Assembly: GCA_040901675.1 (NCBI GenBank)
Contig: JBBDYJ010000025.1
Coordinates: 159,943-223,942, forward strand
Origin: Pirellulales bacterium
Lineage (GTDB): Bacteria > Planctomycetota > Planctomycetia > Pirellulales > JAICIG01
Direction: 5' to 3'
Length of the DNA: 64,000 bases
Below the pieces are notes generated by a model. That model had not been told where the DNA came from, searched no databases, and was given only the letters and a program-made list of their open reading frames with translations. Below are positions 18,401 to 26,256 of this stretch, one piece after another. Numbering within the stretch: the stretch's first letter is position 1; each line of letters starts with the position of its first letter. The position numbers and the translations under genes were made by a program.

Positions 18401-18485
18401 GACGTTGCCGGCGGACGAGCAGATGACCGAAGAGTCGGATCACCAGGGGCGATTGCGCCATCCAAGAGCGGGGAAATGTTCGCAC
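12426..18485 (-). CDS. Rhs/YD-repeat polymorphic toxin (~2020 aa) with a C-terminal HExxH metallopeptidase (M91-like)
   Basis: Many YD repeats, a DUF6531-like LGAGWS region, core motif RARWYDPDTGRFTSEDPIG and DPTGL boundary. The tip has CHELGHA and ENEVRAALGVNPRNDY. GTG start at 18485 follows GGAGGG; alternative ATG at 18461. Confidence 0.95.
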   Translation of the reverse strand: MRTFPRSWMAQSPLVIRLFGHLLVRRQRRRKPPRRTNRVAKAPEKCEERLPVTDVFFTTTAVSAGLAAAVQAEVAPADLTYTERISTEEGESPDETASSPVSLASESINTAQIQSVRIPYQIEVLDSGHESDTGRTPANALSTDLMGELWSGPLGSDDNPHASLALLNSAIDTGADAPSGGSLAAVPPQGLTTDASAPAAPTLAGSADAAPPADLGLAARSLSPSDSTATSEPVLTTEESTSTTSDATLDSTSTTTMSSDPLAPETSDTPTTMPQPDEFFTSPLITPPGLAAGWTDPLWVLSANEAAVLVPGVIQHSYSTWQMDLRAQVSGGIVATYDWDLSQAPDIENVTGTGTYRLQFNWTSFQGSPRTNTIVLTTTNVDSSQQSQELTVLVEPTNGMGQVPAPPSSAGTWSTVLAPDQVQAEQQLIESADFAISPVTGGLYVAHELPSYNPGVAPIRLVYSSLAADPRPIFIDHFELDPTRAAAPSLVSAKLTLNGAAGSEIWYDTSQLNPGGILQIALQGQAGLATGRYPFSIEVTEHYAIPVTTVHSGQVNVINSSTSSLGAGWSLGGLSQIHPVTGGVILEMAGGLSLWFADDAQQGTYVTPAGDFSTLTKSGDTWTRTLKDGVKINFRSDGRQSTAVDRNQNTVTFNWNPDNTLSQIVDQNNIATDLDYAGGMVSTFTDVAGRVTQLTHTSGRLTSLTMPDTGVWGHGYDSASNMTSLTTPRNHTTTFGLNFAGRVDTVTLPDTTTEQLTPLQIRGLAQSPYGTQGNPAIAVLAVEATASYTDPRSNVWQSRHDWLGFGLATAAADPMAHNSVVHVTSNGLPWLVNDPLNRRTYSEFDSKANPTKVVLPDYNSESWTWNSFSQPTLYTNPRGKNTTYVYSATGSNLVTIRNALNGEKTFTHTSDGLVATATNEVGETTAFSYDGRDRLVEIEFPDDDSDENNNPFVTLAYDLASNMVSYTNERGFTTATTFDPMNRPLVVTLPDLDFDPNNNPKYTSTYDLYGNRTRLEDPLAHARTWTLDSMNRILTEADALNNMTELVWGAAGELEAVEDPMGRVTSLGWDPALRNTTITLPDPDGPSGPLLAPVITRSFDAASQQTGLTDPLNRTTTTQYHPRGWVSLVVDAMGNERGAGYDANGNVIQRVESGPGGMTPGMRGYFFDELDRMVMYTDQLSHTTSFTFDAASRVLTKTNALGFQTSFTYTARDQVATVTTPDPDGPSNPLLPSVTTFGYDLALNRTSVVDALNRTTTTTFDAQDRGIEVLDAMGGVTRVTFDLAGRRTELTDPVNNTTTWTHDDADRVISESNALNFARTFVYNGADELTSVTDRNGRERTFARDNVGRVTAEEWLDAAQTPIHTISYVHDAASQLTSVSDAYSSYAFGYNDAGWLTSKDNSGTPGVPNVVLTHGYNAFGERTSRADNLGGSTAFTFDQAHRMTGATLTVGTNTAQVAWTYDNADRLTRITRNGAMPGMSGDVGTTFTLDNMDRVKRIAHFSYQGQMMGQPPLHAFDYTWNAASEITNYTGPEGTLNYSYDTTSQLTGTSGARAEAYSYDLNGNRTMAGYSTGTGNRLLTDGVYNYTHDNEGNLTVQVRISDGERTEFTWDHRNRLTKVLIKDSGGTTIREARFTYDVFDRLIGRWVDMDGAGPQAGVQTWHAYDGDNPYADFNSAGSLTNRYLYGPAIDALLGRMSSAGAVDWYMTDLIGSVRQIVNKMGTSVLHAASYDSFGNIASQTGTGDRFKYAGREYEAAIDQYHNRARWYDPDTGRFTSEDPIGFAANDPNLFRYVGNSSTNRTDPTGLEILHVGEEGPHRDRFEDLLEQMAEGDNLPSYLASVALSDYLTIRVLWIPGAPAMVPGGHGPLTIRLNPDTQDYMPQGSTFFTGAGIMNPDIGAMIVICHELGHALHDLALSDPTPENPSGTNVTLVENEVRAALGVNPRNDYDGQPLPAANMLNPDEQARYEAFLNMFGHGAADALPDAQTGVSAPPNPFYTYEIEMPSLLPDPVQVYDLWPE

Positions 18486-18735
18486 GTAATGCCCTCCCTG
18501 ATTGCGAAGTGGACGAGAAGTCCAGGAAAGGCGATCATCGCTTGGCCGCAAGCTGCCCGTCGCGAGCAGCGGCGGCAGTCCGGAGCCTATGGCGGCATCG
18601 GGATCCCGTCAAGCATCTGGCGGAAATTTTCGGAAATTTTTTCCGGTGCCATGATTTGGTTCTGGCGCCGTGGCGCCGCTGGCGCCTCGCCGCTAGCAGC
18701 TAGCTCAGGCGCGTCGGGGGCGCTGCGACAGCGGA

Positions 18736-18833
18736 CCTCTCGCTGGCGCGTCGGGTGGGTGGGGGGACGGGGACGAGGAACCACTCGCGGAGCGAGTGGA
18801 CCACATCACGCCACTCGCTGGCACGTCGGGTGG
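18736..18833. repeat. REP-like palindrome cluster
   Basis: Hairpin CCACTCGC-GGA-GCGAGTGG (18781-18799; near copy at 31854-31872), flanked by two CTCGCTGGC(G/A)CGTCGGGTG copies. Confidence 0.7.
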
Positions 18834-18968
18834 TATGAGGGCGAGCGGATCACACCTGGTCGAGCGTGGGCAGCAGCCAAGGGCGAGCGGTACTCGGGCC
18901 GCGTCAGGTATTGAGAGGAAGACACGCTGAATGACTACCCTGGGCGCTTCGCCGGCGGCGATAGCCGT

Positions 18969-19421
18969 TCAACTGCTGGCAGTCGAGTTGGGGCTGCTCA
19001 ACTGGGCCAGCACCTGCAGCACGCCGTTGAGATGGGCCAGGCGGGGGCCAAATCGGTCGACGAACTCGTTGAGCATGAACTCGCCTTCGGCCAGCACCTC
19101 GGCGTTTTCGTTGACCTCTTCGGTCAGCGTGTTGAGAAACTCGGTCTGCACGCGGCTGAGCGCCTCGGCCGCCAGGCGGCAGTTCTTGGCCAACTGCGGA
19201 TTGGCCGCCTTCCACTGGCCGAGCTCCTGGGTCCGCTGCCTCTGCGTGGCGCTGAGCTGGGTTACCAGCTCTTCCAACAACTCGTTCTGCCGGTCCTGGG
19301 CCGACAGGATCTCGCGCAAGAGCCGGGTCTGCTCGTTGTCCGCCGTCGGGTGAGCGGTGTGCGATCCGGCCGAAATGTCGACCTGCGTAAACAAGGGAGG
19401 GGACGGCTGGCGTTCAGGCAT
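18969..19421 (-). CDS. Hypothetical coiled-coil protein
   Basis: Clean 150-aa helical ORF with typical codon usage. Confidence 0.8.
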   Translation of the reverse strand: MPERQPSPPLFTQVDISAGSHTAHPTADNEQTRLLREILSAQDRQNELLEELVTQLSATQRQRTQELGQWKAANPQLAKNCRLAAEALSRVQTEFLNTLTEEVNENAEVLAEGEFMLNEFVDRFGPRLAHLNGVLQVLAQLSSPNSTASS

Positions 19422-19616
19422 GATCGGGCCCTTTCTGCGGCGACTCTGTATTATAACCACGCCACCGAACTAAAGTCGAGCATTTCACTTGCAGTTGCCC
19501 AGGCCTTCCCTCGGCCCCCCTACAGAACCTAAAGTCGGCATCGCCGCTGGCCCGATGCTATGGACCACTGCGTCGATGGTCACCAGCGAAGATAGCTAAC
19601 TTGGGCAGGAGGCGTC

Positions 19617-20198
19617 ATGGATCGGCGCGACGGCAAGCTGCCGGCAATCGGGTTTTTGACCGTCGTGCGAAACGACCAGCACGGCCTGCTGGGGGGCTAC
19701 CTGGTCCTGAACGTCAATGGCCGCCCCCTGGAATTCCACTGCACCGCCCCGGTTAAGCCCAACCGTGCCCAGGAGATCCTGTTTGGGCCGGCCTTGGAGC
19801 CCTACCTATACGGCGAGCAGATCGGCCAGACCCTGATCGCCAAAAGCGACGTGCAGCCGCTGGCCGTCTGCACCGACCTCGCCGCCGTATTGTCGGTCCG
19901 TCAATTTGTGAACTTGCCCGTGGCCCTGGTGCTGCCCGCCGGTTCGGACGATCGGCCGGAGCCATGCGAGGCGGCCCCACTCGACGGGCCATCGTATCGC
20001 GTGGACAGCTCGCACCCTGCGGTGGCGCTAGCCACGTTTCGCCTGGGGCGCAATCGGCTCGCCGTGGCCAGCGGCAGCCTGGCGGATCGAGCCAGCCTCG
20101 CGTCGAACCTGGAATCGATTGCCGACACGTTCGACTTGGCCGAGCCGTTTGAACGCATCCGCAATGCCATCGACGAAGCGCGCCGCTCGACCCGCTAG
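19617..20198 (+). CDS. Hypothetical protein
   Basis: AGGAGG RBS; motifs GGYLVLN..GRPLEFHCTAPVKPNRAQEIL and DLAEPFERIRNAI. Confidence 0.8.
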   Translation: MDRRDGKLPAIGFLTVVRNDQHGLLGGYLVLNVNGRPLEFHCTAPVKPNRAQEILFGPALEPYLYGEQIGQTLIAKSDVQPLAVCTDLAAVLSVRQFVNLPVALVLPAGSDDRPEPCEAAPLDGPSYRVDSSHPAVALATFRLGRNRLAVASGSLADRASLASNLESIADTFDLAEPFERIRNAIDEARRSTR

Positions 20199-20210
20199 AC
20201 GTTCGGGGAA

Positions 20211-20315
20211 GAAGTCAGAAGTCAGAAGTCAGAGGTCAGAAGTCAGAGCGCCGGGTGGCTGGGGCAAAGCGATAAGCGTGCCCCAGTACCAGAGGTCAGA
20301 GGTCAGAAGTCAGAG
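20211..20315. repeat. Heptamer repeats (GA[A/G]GTCA)n flanking a REP-like unit
   Basis: gaagtcagaagtcagaagtcagaggtcagaagtcag at 20211-20245, and again at ~20290-20314. Confidence 0.8.
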
Positions 20316-20367
20316 TGCCGGGTGGCTTGCCCGAGTTCTCCGGGCTCTGTCCAAGGAGACGGCTCGA

Positions 20368-22161
20368 TTGGATGCACCTGCTCGCGGTTCGACCCACGTC
20401 GACTCACTCCGGTGGCCGAGCCCTTCCCAATCGGAGACCTGGCGCGTCGACTTGGCGATTCCCGCGGTATGTTTTGCGCCATGGACGGCCAGTTCCGCGG
20501 CGTTCGGCGCCGCGGCAATCGAGGTTGCCAGCCTGTCGCCGGCCGAGGCGCCTCCGGGCGTCGTTTCGTTGGCCTTCAAGAGCTTGCCGGTCAAAACCCA
20601 CGCCTTCGCCTTTCCAGCCGACTCACGAGCGAACAGGCCGGCCGCCTGGGCGCGGGCCGCGACGGGGCCGCCCAGGTCGGTGCACCCGCCGGTGCGGACC
20701 GCCACCCGCATCCGGCCGCCCGGCGACGTCATCAAGCTGGTGGACCGGCTGTACTATGTGCTCCAGCCCGGCCTGGAAACATTGGTCGCCAACCAGTCGC
20801 TCGACTTCCCCTGCCATCCCTTCGCGTTTCAGTTCGAGGGCATCGCCTTTTTGTATCCCCGCTACGCGGCCATCCTGGCCGACGAAATGGGGCTGGGCAA
20901 AACGATGCAGGCCATTACGGCCGTGCGGCTGCTGCTGCACGCCGGCGAGCTGGAGAGGGTGCTGTTAATCTGTCCCAAGCCGCTGGTCAGCAATTGGAAG
21001 CGCGAGTTCCAGCTTTGGGCGCCCGAGATTCCGTTGACGGTGATCGAAGGCGACCAGGCCCGCCGCCGCTGGCAGTGGAAGCTGACGGACTGCCCCGTGA
21101 CGATCGCCAACTACGAGCTGTTGCACCGCGACCGCGACCTGGTCGCCCGCCCCGATGAGCACTACGACCTGGTGGTGCTCGACGAGTCGCAGCGGATCAA
21201 GAACCGGGCCAGCAGCACGTCGCAGATTGTCCGCTCCATCCCGCGCAGCCGGAGCTGGGCCTTGACCGGTACGCCGGTTGAAAACAGCGCCGACGACCTG
21301 GTGGGCATTTTCGAGTTCCTGGCCCCGGGCTATCTCTCGCCGGGGATGAAGCCGCGGCGGATGGGCCGGCTGGCCGGCGACTACGTGCTGCGCCGCACCA
21401 AGGACAAGGTCCTGGCGGAGCTGCCGCCCAAGATGTACCGCGATGCCGACGTCGAGCTGACGCCCGAGCAGCGCGAGACGTATCGCCTGGCCGAGGACGA
21501 AGGCGTGCTGCGTCTGACGCGCATGGGCGAGTCGGCCACCATCCAGCACGTGTTCGAGCTGGTGCTGCGGCTCAAGCAAATCTGCAACTTCGACCCGGCC
21601 ACCGAGGCCAGCGCCAAGTTCGAGCGGCTCGCCGCCGACCTGGAAGAGGTGGCCGCCAGCGGCCGCAAGGCGCTGGTCTTCAGCCAGTGGGTCGGCACGC
21701 TGGAGCTGCTGGCCCGCCGGCTCAAGTCGTACCGGCCTCTTTCGTTCCACGGGAAAGTGCCCTCGTCGCGGCGCGACGCCGTGCTCGAGCGATTCCAGCA
21801 GGACCCCGACTGCCACGTGCTCTTGATCAGCTACGGGGCCGGGGGGGTGGGGCTGAACCTGCAGTTCGCCCGCTACGTGTTTCTGTTCGACCGCTGGTGG
21901 AACCCGGCCGTGGAAGACCAGGCGATCAACCGCGTACACCGCATCGGCACCGCCGGGCCGGTCACGGTGACCCGCTTCCTGGCCGTCGGCACCATCGAGG
22001 AGCGGATCGACCAGATCCTGCGCGAGAAGCGCGAGCTGTTCGACACCATCTTTTGCGACGCCGCGCTCCGCCAGCAGACCGGGCTGTCGCGCGAGGAGAT
22101 TTTTGGCCTGTTCAAGCTCAAGTGTCCCAGCGGACCCATCGACTTGGCCGGAGAACGTTAG
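20368..22161 (+). CDS. SNF2-family (DEAD/DEAH-box) helicase; start uncertain
   Basis: Motifs ILADEMGLGKT, LDESQRIKN, ALTGTPVEN, GGVGLNL and WWNPAVEDQAINRVHRIG. The track ORF extension to 20119 runs through repeats. Confidence 0.9.
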   Translation: MDAPARGSTHVDSLRWPSPSQSETWRVDLAIPAVCFAPWTASSAAFGAAAIEVASLSPAEAPPGVVSLAFKSLPVKTHAFAFPADSRANRPAAWARAATGPPRSVHPPVRTATRIRPPGDVIKLVDRLYYVLQPGLETLVANQSLDFPCHPFAFQFEGIAFLYPRYAAILADEMGLGKTMQAITAVRLLLHAGELERVLLICPKPLVSNWKREFQLWAPEIPLTVIEGDQARRRWQWKLTDCPVTIANYELLHRDRDLVARPDEHYDLVVLDESQRIKNRASSTSQIVRSIPRSRSWALTGTPVENSADDLVGIFEFLAPGYLSPGMKPRRMGRLAGDYVLRRTKDKVLAELPPKMYRDADVELTPEQRETYRLAEDEGVLRLTRMGESATIQHVFELVLRLKQICNFDPATEASAKFERLAADLEEVAASGRKALVFSQWVGTLELLARRLKSYRPLSFHGKVPSSRRDAVLERFQQDPDCHVLLISYGAGGVGLNLQFARYVFLFDRWWNPAVEDQAINRVHRIGTAGPVTVTRFLAVGTIEERIDQILREKRELFDTIFCDAALRQQTGLSREEIFGLFKLKCPSGPIDLAGER

Positions 22162-22185
22162 CGGTCAGTGGTTAGTGGTCGGTGC

Positions 22186-22482
22186 CAGAGCGCCGGGTGG
22201 CTGGCGGCCGGGTGGCTGGCGGCAAAGCGGACTTCGGCGAGCTCAGTCGAGTCGTAGCGTGCCCCAGTCTTCGTCCGTATCGCCCGGCGTTCGTCTTGTC
22301 CCCTTGTCGCCTTGTCGTTCCTCCAGGGTGCCTGGCGGCAAAGCGGACTTCGGCGAGCTCAGTCGAGTCGTAGCGTGCCCCAGTCATCCCACCACGTTCC
22401 CCTTGTCCCCTTGTCGCCTTGTCGTTCTTCCAGGGTGGCTGGCGGCAAAGTCCCGGCGCGCCGGGGTGCCCCAGTCTTCGTC
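22186..22482. repeat. Composite REP cluster between convergent genes
   Basis: Identical 54-bp copies at 22216-22269 and 22332-22385, a variant at ~22437-22476, and CTTGTCCC/CTTGTCGC octamer tracts. Confidence 0.88.
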
Positions 22483-22489
22483 CGCGTTC

Positions 22490-23869
22490 TTAAAACAGCT
22501 CAGCGATCGCTTCGCCGTGATCCAGGGCGGGCACGGGCCGGCCGAAATGGTTCAGGAAGCTGGTGCTGGGATCGACCCCCAGCACCCGGTAGATCGTGGC
22601 GTGGATGTCGCAGGGTGTGACGGGCCGGTCTTGGGGCACTTCGCCCAGCCGGTTGGTCGAGCCGACCACCCGCCCGCCGCGCACTCCGCCGCCGCCCAGC
22701 AGGCAGAACATCGAGTTGCCCCAATGGTCGCGGCCCGGCGTGCCCATGCTCATCGGCGCGCCGCCGTTGCCGCCGTCGTTCATCCGCGGCGTCCGGCTGA
22801 ACTCGCCACACAGCACCACCAGCACCTGGTCCAACAGGCCTCGCTGGCTCAAGTCGGTGAACAACGCCGACACGGCCGAGTCGACCATCGGCAGGTAGCG
22901 TTCCATGCCCGCCTTGAGGTCCCAATGGTGGTCCCAGCCGCCAAAATGTACCGTGACGAACGTCGAGCCCGCCTCCACCAGCCGCCGCGCCAACAGCGTG
23001 CTCTGGCCCCAACTGTGGCGGCCATATTGCTCGCGCAGTCCTGGATCCTCCGAGCCGATGTCAAACGCCTTGAGGGCGGCCGAGCCGGTCACCAGCTCGT
23101 AAGCTTCGCGCTGGAAGCGGTCCATGGCCTCGGCGGTGGCGGCCTGATCGATGCCCCGCCGCGTGGCATCAAAATGTTCCAGCAGGCTCCGCCGGTTCTC
23201 GAGGCGGCCGATCGTCAGCTCGCCGGGCGGACGCAGGTTTTGCACCTGGAAACCATCCGCGTTCGGGTCGCCCTCGGTCTCGAACGGGTTGTGCTCGATG
23301 CCCAGGTAGTTGGCGCCGAAATAGCCGGGCCGCAGTCCGATGCTGCTGGCATAGGGGACCGCCACGTGGGCCGGCATGCCCGCTTTTCTCGGCCCGCACA
23401 CCTTCGAGGCGATCGAGCAGATCGAGGGATACCTGCCGGCCGTGTCGGCCCCGCTGGCCCCGCCGCGGCCCGTGAGCATATGGTGCCCGCCGGCAAAGTG
23501 GTCGCCGGTTCCGTGGTGCAACGAGCGGACCAGCGAGAACTTGTCGGCCACTTTGGCTTGCAGCGGGAACAGCTCACTGATCTCGATGCCCGGCACGTTG
23601 GTCGGGATGGGGTGCCACAGGCCCCGGTACTCGGCCGGGGCTTCGGGCTTCATATCGTAGAGGTCCATGTGGCCTGGGCCGCCGTCCAGCCAGATCAGGA
23701 TCACCGAGGTATTTTTCTTGGGCATCCCCAGCTCGGCTGAGGCCTCCTTTGCCCGCAGCACGTCGGCCAGGCTGGCCGTAGCCATGCCGGCCAGGCCGAT
23801 CTGGACGAAGTGCCGGCGGCTGACGCCATCGCAGTACCTTGTGGTTTTCCCCGCGTGGATTCGCAGCAT
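22490..23869 (-). CDS. DUF1501 domain protein
   Basis: Motifs SRRHF (Tat-like leader), VILIWLDGGPGHMDLYDMKP, LLARRLVEAG, GGWDHH, GEFSRTPR and GRDHW. Confidence 0.93.
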   Translation of the reverse strand: MLRIHAGKTTRYCDGVSRRHFVQIGLAGMATASLADVLRAKEASAELGMPKKNTSVILIWLDGGPGHMDLYDMKPEAPAEYRGLWHPIPTNVPGIEISELFPLQAKVADKFSLVRSLHHGTGDHFAGGHHMLTGRGGASGADTAGRYPSICSIASKVCGPRKAGMPAHVAVPYASSIGLRPGYFGANYLGIEHNPFETEGDPNADGFQVQNLRPPGELTIGRLENRRSLLEHFDATRRGIDQAATAEAMDRFQREAYELVTGSAALKAFDIGSEDPGLREQYGRHSWGQSTLLARRLVEAGSTFVTVHFGGWDHHWDLKAGMERYLPMVDSAVSALFTDLSQRGLLDQVLVVLCGEFSRTPRMNDGGNGGAPMSMGTPGRDHWGNSMFCLLGGGGVRGGRVVGSTNRLGEVPQDRPVTPCDIHATIYRVLGVDPSTSFLNHFGRPVPALDHGEAIAELF

Positions 23870-23889
23870 GGCTTGGGTCCCCTTCGTTC

Positions 23890-23912
23890 GTAGAACGGAG
23901 TTCATTCCGTTT
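23890..23912. repeat. GTAG-type REP (GTAGAACGGA.TTCATTCCGTT)
   Basis: Same element at 48215, 48253, 48292 and 56414. Confidence 0.8.
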
Positions 23913-24123
23913 GCGTCTTCGTGTGCCGATCCTTCAACGCATCAGCATTCTTTGATCCGACCAGATTGTAAGGTCTTTTTTGCGAAGATGTCAACATCGG
24001 CCCGGTCCCGCCCCGGGCCCGGGACAACGCTGCCGCCCACTGTTCGGCAAACGCCGTTCCTTGATGGTCAAAACTCGTTCGGGGGCCTATCCTTACATAC
24101 TGGAGCCAATTGGATAGGCGGTA

Positions 24124-25329
24124 ATGCCGATGACACTTTGCCCACTTGTTAAGTCCCTCACCTTGAAGCGGTTTCGAAGCTTCAAGAACGCGCAGGTCGA
24201 GTTCGACAATCCCACGTTCCTAGTCGGGCAGAACGGATCGGGAAAGAGCAACCTTGTCGACGCCTTTGCTTTTCTTGCCGAGTCTATGGCTGGACCGCTT
24301 TCCGCGGCGATCGACAAGCGGGGTGGAATCTCAGCCGTCCGGTTTCGCCCGGCGCGCGGCTCCGGCGCATCGAGCATGGGCCTGGGAGTCGCGCTTGGTT
24401 CGCTGAACGACGAGACCACCGCCGCGCATTACGCCTTCCAGATTGAGGCTCGCCGCAACGAACGTCTCAGGGTCATCCGGGAGCAATGCCAAATCCGGCG
24501 TTCAGACGGTGAGAGGTACTGGTTCGATCGCCAGGAAGATGGTTTTGTTTCAAATGTCGCCGCCCTGTCGCCCGCGCTTGATTCCGCGTCCCTGGCCCTG
24601 CCGGTAATCGGTGGCCACGCCCAGTTCGCCTGTCTGCTGCGAACATTGGCGGCCATGCGAGTCTATTGCATTAACCCGACCAGCTTGCGATATCCGATCG
24701 ACGCGGACAGCAATGGCAGCCTCCGCGGCGATGGGGGTAACGCCGCCGCGGTCCTGGACGCGATCCGGCGGGAGAGTGAAGACGTATTCGAAACACTCCG
24801 CGAGCTCTTGGCGTCGATCGTCCCGGGAATGATCGCTGCAACGTCTCATCGACGAGGCGACAAGCTGACGATCGAGTTCTTGCAAGAAAGCGCGGAGGGA
24901 CGGCTCTCGTTCGACGCCGCCAGCATGTCCGACGGCACGCTGCGTGCAATGGCCTTGCTGCTTGCGGCGTTTCAGCACCCTTCGCCCTCGGTGATGGTCA
25001 TCGAAGAGCCTGAGGCGAGCATGCACCCTGGCGCTTTGGGTGCCGTTCTGGACATGCTGCGGCATGCCAGTCTCAACACGCAACTGGTCGTGACTACCCA
25101 AAGCACGGACCTGCTAGACGCCGAGTGGATTGAGGATCGTCACCTGCGGATCGTTACAAACGATCAAGGGCAATCCCACGTCGCTGGGTTGGCGGACTCT
25201 TCTCGAAGCGTGTTGAGAGACCGCTTGATGCGTCCCGGCGAGCTGCTTCGGGCCAATGCTCTCGATCCCGCGCCACCCGGTCCGAGTTCCGAGTCGGATG
25301 CAAGCGAGCTGTTCGAGGAGCTCGCTTGA
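24124..25329 (+). CDS. ABC-type AAA ATPase (AAA_21-like)
   Basis: Walker A GQNGSGKS, signature MSDGT, Walker B IEEPE and TTQS switch. Confidence 0.92.
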   Translation: MPMTLCPLVKSLTLKRFRSFKNAQVEFDNPTFLVGQNGSGKSNLVDAFAFLAESMAGPLSAAIDKRGGISAVRFRPARGSGASSMGLGVALGSLNDETTAAHYAFQIEARRNERLRVIREQCQIRRSDGERYWFDRQEDGFVSNVAALSPALDSASLALPVIGGHAQFACLLRTLAAMRVYCINPTSLRYPIDADSNGSLRGDGGNAAAVLDAIRRESEDVFETLRELLASIVPGMIAATSHRRGDKLTIEFLQESAEGRLSFDAASMSDGTLRAMALLLAAFQHPSPSVMVIEEPEASMHPGALGAVLDMLRHASLNTQLVVTTQSTDLLDAEWIEDRHLRIVTNDQGQSHVAGLADSSRSVLRDRLMRPGELLRANALDPAPPGPSSESDASELFEELA

Positions 25330-25985
25330 AGATTCAGCCGATCGTCGAAGGGCACGGCGACGAGAAGGCCGTTCCAGTCTTGCTTCGCCGCTTCAGCGAG
25401 CTGAGCGGCCTTTACGGCATTGAGATCGGCAAGCCGATTCGGATCAACAAGGGACACTTGACTCGCGAAGACCTCCTTCGAAAATCGGTTCAATTGGCGC
25501 TCAGGCAGCCGGGTTGCGGCTCGGTCTTCATCCTGTTCGACGGTGATGACGACTGTCCCAAAGAGATTGGACCCCGCGTTCAAGCTTGGGCTCAAAGCGA
25601 GGCTCATTCGATTCCAACCGCCGTGATCGTCGCCAAACGGGAATTCGAGGCATGGTTCCTGGCCGCCATGGAATCATTGCGCGGCAAGCGGCGTATCCGG
25701 CCGGACGCCACCTCGGTCCCGGATCCTGAGTCCGTGCGAGGAGCCAAGGAACGCATCGAGCAGTCCATGCTGCCGGCGCGGCGAGGCCAGCGACCAGGTT
25801 ATCTGGAACGCACGGACCAGCCCGCCTTCACGGCCATCTTCGACATGCCAAGTGCGTACCGAGCGTGTCGGTCTTTTCGCAGGGCGGTGCGAGCCTTCGG
25901 CTTGCTTGCTGAGGCAACGGGTATTCAGATCGCGGTCTGGCCTCCACCTGATTGGAAACAAGAGCCGTCCGGACCCTCCGCTTAG
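25326..25985 (+). CDS. DUF4276-family (TOPRIM-like) protein
   Basis: Motifs IVEGHGDE, ILFDGDDDCP, REFEAWFLA and CRSFRR. Has a 4-nt TTGA overlap with the ATPase. Confidence 0.85.
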   Translation: MKIQPIVEGHGDEKAVPVLLRRFSELSGLYGIEIGKPIRINKGHLTREDLLRKSVQLALRQPGCGSVFILFDGDDDCPKEIGPRVQAWAQSEAHSIPTAVIVAKREFEAWFLAAMESLRGKRRIRPDATSVPDPESVRGAKERIEQSMLPARRGQRPGYLERTDQPAFTAIFDMPSAYRACRSFRRAVRAFGLLAEATGIQIAVWPPPDWKQEPSGPSA

Positions 25986-26256
25986 GGCGAAGGGTGGAGG
26001 CGGAATTAAAGGACGCGACGCGAATGTCACGACCCCTTGTTTCTGGCGAGACGGGAGACAACTCGATTTCTTGCAGTGCAGCAGCCCGTAGGCGTTCGTC
26101 GAAACAGTCTCCTTGCGGCGCGGGCGGAGCGGCCACCAGTGCCGGCCGACTTGTTCATCGCTCCAGCCTCCAGCCTTAGACCCCCGTTCGCCATGCCGAG
26201 GAACTGGGCACGACGTGACGTCGAAGGACAGCATGGGCGCCGGTTTCAACGCCAGA

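Noticed and set aside
20119..20367. N-terminal extension of the SNF2 helicase (SEVRSQRSEVR)
   Set aside because: It is a translation of intergenic heptamer repeats and overlaps the upstream gene.
22216..22385. 54-bp direct repeats as att sites or CRISPR
   Set aside because: They flank only low-complexity octamers and belong to a dispersed REP family.
26050..26110. Minus-strand CFDERLRAAALQE resembling a PIN/VapC C-terminus
   Set aside because: Too short to support without a search; may be chance.
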